A DNA stretch of 64,000 nucleotides, taken from positions 281,908 through 345,907 of the forward strand of contig CAVTET010000005.1 of assembly GCA_963733675.1 (NCBI GenBank), read 5' to 3'. The notes beneath the pieces are model-generated. The model saw only the letters and a list, made by a program, of their open reading frames with translations, had not been told where the DNA came from and did not search any database. Positions 59,813-64,000 of the stretch are shown here, piece after piece. How positions within the stretch are numbered: the first letter of the stretch is position 1; each line of letters begins with the position of its first letter. A program made the translations under genes and the position numbers. This stretch comes from an uncultured Methanosarcinaceae archaeon. GTDB taxonomy: Archaea; Halobacteriota; Methanosarcinia; Methanosarcinales; Methanosarcinaceae.

Positions 59813-59997
59813 CTTTCCACTCCATTTATCAATTTGTATCCCCGTTCTATTAGTTTTTCTACGGGCAGGTATATTGTATCACGATGGAAAAGTTTATCGA
59901 AATTATCTAAAATGAGTTAAAAGTACAGGATTAATATGTTCGCGTCTTGCAGCTATCCATCAAATACAGTTTTTGTGTTCAATTTAATCTTTTATAG

Positions 59998-60354
59998 CTA
60001 TAGTTTCTTTAATCTAGATTCTATATACTCCTTTAAAGCTATGGCGTTATTGAAACGTTCATTCTTTGCAGCATAGAGCAGAGTCAAATCAGTTTCTTTC
60101 GCTTTTTCGATAAGTTTTTGTACATACTCTTCATTTTGCTCAAGTTCTTTAAGATAGCGTTTCCTGAACTCTTCCCACTTATCAGGATCATGGGAAAACC
60201 ATTTTCTAAGCTCTTCATCAGGAGCTATTTCCTTTAGCCAGATGTCAAGCCGGACTTCATTTTTTCGAAGTCCTCTAGGCCAGAGCTTATCCACTAGTAC
60301 CCTTAATCCATCTTTATCTGAGGATTGTTCGTAAATTCTTTTCAGTTGGATCAA
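59998..60354 (-). CDS. DUF488-family protein
   Basis: KRIYE...RVLVDKLWPRG...WLKEIAP...LRKWF. Confidence 0.9.
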   Translation of the reverse strand: MIQLKRIYEQSSDKDGLRVLVDKLWPRGLRKNEVRLDIWLKEIAPDEELRKWFSHDPDKWEEFRKRYLKELEQNEEYVQKLIEKAKETDLTLLYAAKNERFNNAIALKEYIESRLKKL

Positions 60355-60724
60355 ATGCTTCCCTTCTTACTTATTTAAATATACTTCTTAATATACCTGT
60401 ATTATTTACTCATTTTTTTAGTTATGTATTGTTCTTAGTTGTTAGATTTGTTCTCAAAAATTCAGACAAATCCTTATACATTTGAGTATTGGAGAGTAAT
60501 CTAAAATTATTTTGATATTAATGATGTTTTAATAATAATTTTATCCCAAAACTATTATTTTTAGAGTAGTTTTAATTAATAAGGGAAAAGTGTATATTGT
60601 GGCTTAAAACGGATCTCAATAAACACCTTAATTTATCAAGTACTCATATATGTTATTCAAGGCTTATGAAAATCAGGAGTTTATTGAAATCCTCTATATA
60701 TTTAAAATGATATTTTAAGATCGA

Positions 60725-60905
60725 TGTTTTTGTGCGAAAAATTCTGAATTCCCTAAGTTCCATCCGAAAAAAGAAAAAATTGCTGGTCAATAACTTGTAG
60801 AGCTCATAGAACTCATAGGATCCCTAGAGCATATGTAACTACTGGAATACCTGAAGCTAATTAACCTAAACCACAAACATAAACAGAAAATATAAGAAAA
60901 AGAAA
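60725..60905 (+). repeat. Dispersed EHL repeat, copy E (inverted relative to A-D)
   Basis: ttccctaagttccatc flank; reads LIELIGSLEHM*LLEYLKLINLNHKHK. Confidence 0.7.
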
Positions 60906-60909
60906 TAAT

Positions 60910-61000
60910 GGAGGTTTCAATAAATCTCTGATTTTAACGAGTAATTTTATATATTATTTATAAACATAGAACGAAATTTTGGGGTTTACCGAAATTCTCT
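60910..61000. repeat. About 90-bp MITE-like element (same family as 3555-3646)
   Basis: ggaggtttcaataaatctctga ... ggggtttaccgaaattctct. Confidence 0.45.
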
Positions 61001-61015
61001 GCAGTTTATTTTAGA

Positions 61016-61468
61016 TCAATCTTGTGGCTCACACTTTTCCCTCACAACCATAACAGGAACCTTCGAGTGACGAACCAGATTTCCTGCAACACTACCCAGA
61101 AGTATCCTGTCTAATCCTGTCTTTCCAAGGGTGCCCATAATAACAATATCCATTTTTTCCTCATCGACATACCGGTTCAACTCGTCTGAGGGATTTCCTT
61201 CAAGCAGGACAGATTCTACGTTGATTCCTTTTACCTCTCCTAATCTTTTTATATAATCTACAGCCTGTTGCCCTTGGCTTTTCAATTCCTCATGTATCAA
61301 TTCCCAACCTCCACCCCTCGGAGATAAGTAGGCTGTTGATATCACATAGACTGCATAAACTGTTCCCCCACTTAATCGAGCAAGCTCTATCCCTTTGTCA
61401 ATAGCCAGCTTGGAGCAATCCGAGCCATCGGTTGCAATCATTATTTTCTTATAATCGACGAGTCTCAT
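61016..61468 (-). CDS. Universal stress protein
   Basis: KIMIATDGS, EGNPSDE, MGTLGKTG..LGSVA; GGAGG upstream of ATG 61468. Confidence 0.9.
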   Translation of the reverse strand: MRLVDYKKIMIATDGSDCSKLAIDKGIELARLSGGTVYAVYVISTAYLSPRGGGWELIHEELKSQGQQAVDYIKRLGEVKGINVESVLLEGNPSDELNRYVDEEKMDIVIMGTLGKTGLDRILLGSVAGNLVRHSKVPVMVVREKCEPQD

Positions 61469-61797
61469 GTAAAATCCTCCATTACATATTTTCTTGGAAG
61501 AAATATAATAGCATCGGAATTTATATCGTAAAAATGCCACTGAATTTTTTGATCTTATCTAGATGGAAGAAGTAAAATCAGCTATTAAAAAAATTGAAGT
61601 TATGTGCTTAAAAGGCGAAGATTGGGATTTAAGCACTCAAGAGATTATTTGGAAAAAAATCTTTCCAAATATTAATCCAGGGGAGTATCAAAATCATTTT
61701 CCTTTTCAAAAAATGAAAGGAAACGTCCAATTCAGTGATAAAAAGTAGAATTCATCGAGTTAGAGACTATAATTAAACATTCTAAAGTAAATTTTGC

Positions 61798-63167
61798 TCA
61801 TTTTACCACATCATATCCAGCGTTCTTCCATGCGGTCATACCTCCAAGGACATTGTATACTTTACCATAGCCATTCTTTTTCAAAATTGAAGCCGCTAAA
61901 TTAGCACTCCGAGCAGTGCCACAATAAACAATTACAGGCCTATCTTTTGGAACTTCATCCAGTTTATCTTTCAGATAACCAACGTAGATGTGTTTAGCTC
62001 CATTTATATGTCCTTTATCCCATTTTTTCTTGTCTCTCACATCAAGAATTACTATTTTCTCTCCTTTATCCAATTTGCCTTTCAAATCATGAACGGATAT
62101 GAGATTAAAATTATCTATCGGTAGAGCTTTAATGTACCAGGCAGCAATTCCATCGTTTAGTATACCTGCGATATTGTCATAACCCAATCTGATTAAATAT
62201 TTTACAACAGTTTCCAGCTGCTCTTTTTCTTCCAGAACTAGAAGTATGGGTTTCTCATAAGGAAGCACCCAACCGGCAAAGATAGGTACACCTCCTAGCC
62301 AGATACTGTAAGTATCTTTTATATGTACTCCACCAAAAGAAAAGGGCATGCGTGTATCTACAACTGAAGCTCCTTTTTCTACCTCTTCTTTGAATTTTTC
62401 TGGCGAAAGAAACTCTGGAGTTGGCAATCTTTGCAATAGAGGAGGCCCTTGAAGGTTATACTGCTCCATTTTCTTGAAGTAAGGCGGGAATTCAAGTTGT
62501 TCTTCAACCTTATATTTTACAAACTCCTCCTTCTCAATTTTTTGGAGAATAGGGTTTTGGATATGTTCCAATCCAAGGGTACTAAGCTCCCTTTTAGCGA
62601 TAAAACCCCCACAAATAGAGCCCTCACCATGTGCAGGACAGAGTATTACCTCATCTCCAAGAGGTAATATTTTATGAAAAATACTATCATACAAATTTGA
62701 TGCTAGTCTTGAAGCTTCCCGTGAACCATAAAGATCGGTCCTCCCTACGTCACCTATAAACATGTGTCTCCCGTGAAAACCATAATGGGGTCTTGACCGG
62801 TATCAAGATCTACTAGAGTATAGGATGTACTTTCGTCAGTATGGCCTGGAGTATGCAAAGCAGTCAGTTTCATTGAGCCAAAATTGAACTCCTGACCATC
62901 ATCTAGGTAATTTCCATATTTAAAATCTACACCACGACCATGGTAAATTTCTGCATCTGTAAGATTTTTAAGTTCCAGAGAACCTATTACATAATCCTCG
63001 TTTCTGTGAGTTTCAAAGATGTATTTTATCTTCATAGACTCTCTTCTGGCAAGGTCAAAATACGCCGGACAGTCCCTTCGTGGATCAATAACTAAGGCTT
63101 CATCCTCAGAGCCAATAAAATAAGAAAGGTGAGCTAGACCTTCAGATTTAATGCGTTCGAATATCAT
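61798..63167 (-). pseudogene. MBL-fold hydrolase plus two rhodanese domains, 1-bp frameshift near 62762
   Basis: ETHRNED, HTPGHT, FTGDT/(L)FIGDVGR, PAHG, GHINGA, YCGT, GGMTAW. Confidence 0.88.
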
Positions 63168-63343
63168 AGGAATTTCCTCAACAATATCCTAAAGAGGCTT
63201 TCCATAAACCCCCAAATTTTGTCATTGCGTATAATAATATATAAATGACTCTTGAAAATAAAAGATTTATCTAAATCATCTAAAGTGTTCAAAGTGTGCA
63301 GGTGAACAAGATGGCATAAATATATCTTAAAACAAAACTCTGA

Positions 63344-63955
63344 TTATTTTTCAATATCTTTGAAGTACTTATCGATCCTCTCCCAGTCGACTATATTCCA
63401 AAATGCATCTATAAATTTGCCTCTTTCATTCTTGTAGTCAATGTAGTAGGCGTGCTCCCATACGTCCAGAACCATTAGAATCGGGAAACTTGGGATTATA
63501 TTTACATTGTGCTTTTCTATCTGCATGATTCCGAGTCTTTTAGTACCCTTGCAGAAGGTTAATGCTCCCCAACCAGAGCCTTCAACACTTGATGCGACCT
63601 GGGTAAACTCCTTTTTAAACCTTTCAAAATTCCCAAAATTTTCTTTGATCACTTCAGATAATTCACCGACTGGTTCTTTGTTGGAATTGTTTGCAGGAGT
63701 CATGTTCCACCAAAAATAATTATGAAGGACATGTCCTCCCAAATTAAAAGCCAAAGCTTTCGCATTTGCCTTATAATCAAACTCAGTTCCTTCCGCTCTT
63801 GCTTTGTCCATCATTTGCAAAATTGAATTCGCATTAGTTACATAAGCCTGATGATGTTTATCATGGTGTATTCTTAATTGCTCTTCGGAAATAAAAGGTT
63901 CCAAGTCTGCATATCCATATTTCAAATCTGGTAATTTGTATAATTCTTTAGCCAT
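63344..63955 (-). CDS. sod: Fe/Mn superoxide dismutase
   Basis: [24 protein letters not shown]. Confidence 0.97.
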   Translation of the reverse strand: MAKELYKLPDLKYGYADLEPFISEEQLRIHHDKHHQAYVTNANSILQMMDKARAEGTEFDYKANAKALAFNLGGHVLHNYFWWNMTPANNSNKEPVGELSEVIKENFGNFERFKKEFTQVASSVEGSGWGALTFCKGTKRLGIMQIEKHNVNIIPSFPILMVLDVWEHAYYIDYKNERGKFIDAFWNIVDWERIDKYFKDIEK

Positions 63956-64000
63956 ATTATCTTCCTCTGTTAGAGAACAATAGATTTCGTAAAATTAGTT

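Noticed and set aside
61563-61748. 61-aa ORF between the USP and the MBL hydrolase
   Set aside because: No RBS or family signal; may be a fragment but cannot be supported.

Overview
AT-rich archaeal chromosomal window that looks like Methanosarcina/Methanosarcinaceae. This is inferred from gene content: a MEDS-domain histidine kinase, an MM0924-like small protein, a YVTN surface-protein relic, and archaeal-type Pgk and PpsA. Intact genes include several GT4/GT2 glycosyltransferases, glutamate decarboxylase, an AMMECR1 protein, pgk, an EamA transporter, a PPK2/PAP enzyme, ppsA, a PfkB kinase, two USPs and SOD. They are interspersed with a heavy load of pseudogenes, chimeric deletion junctions and mobile-element debris (IS6, IS200, integrase and terminase-like relics, MITE-like elements). 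The most unusual part is 29.9-39.3 kb. There, four small secreted proteins and a secreted thioredoxin share one conserved signal-peptide module (conserved at DNA level among the peptides) fused to unrelated Gly/Trp/His/Cys-rich cargos. One cargo is a His/Asp-rich gene missed by the ORF track. The cluster surrounds a cbiM-PDGLE Ni/Co uptake pair and is interleaved with copies of a 120-190 bp dispersed repeat that carries a conserved 35-codon ORF. Also notable are an 11 x 102-bp TPR gene between two inverted IS6 copies, and several in-frame TAG codons that could be read through if the host encodes pyrrolysine. No rRNA, tRNA or CRISPR array was seen. All family assignments come from motif recognition by eye, not database searches.
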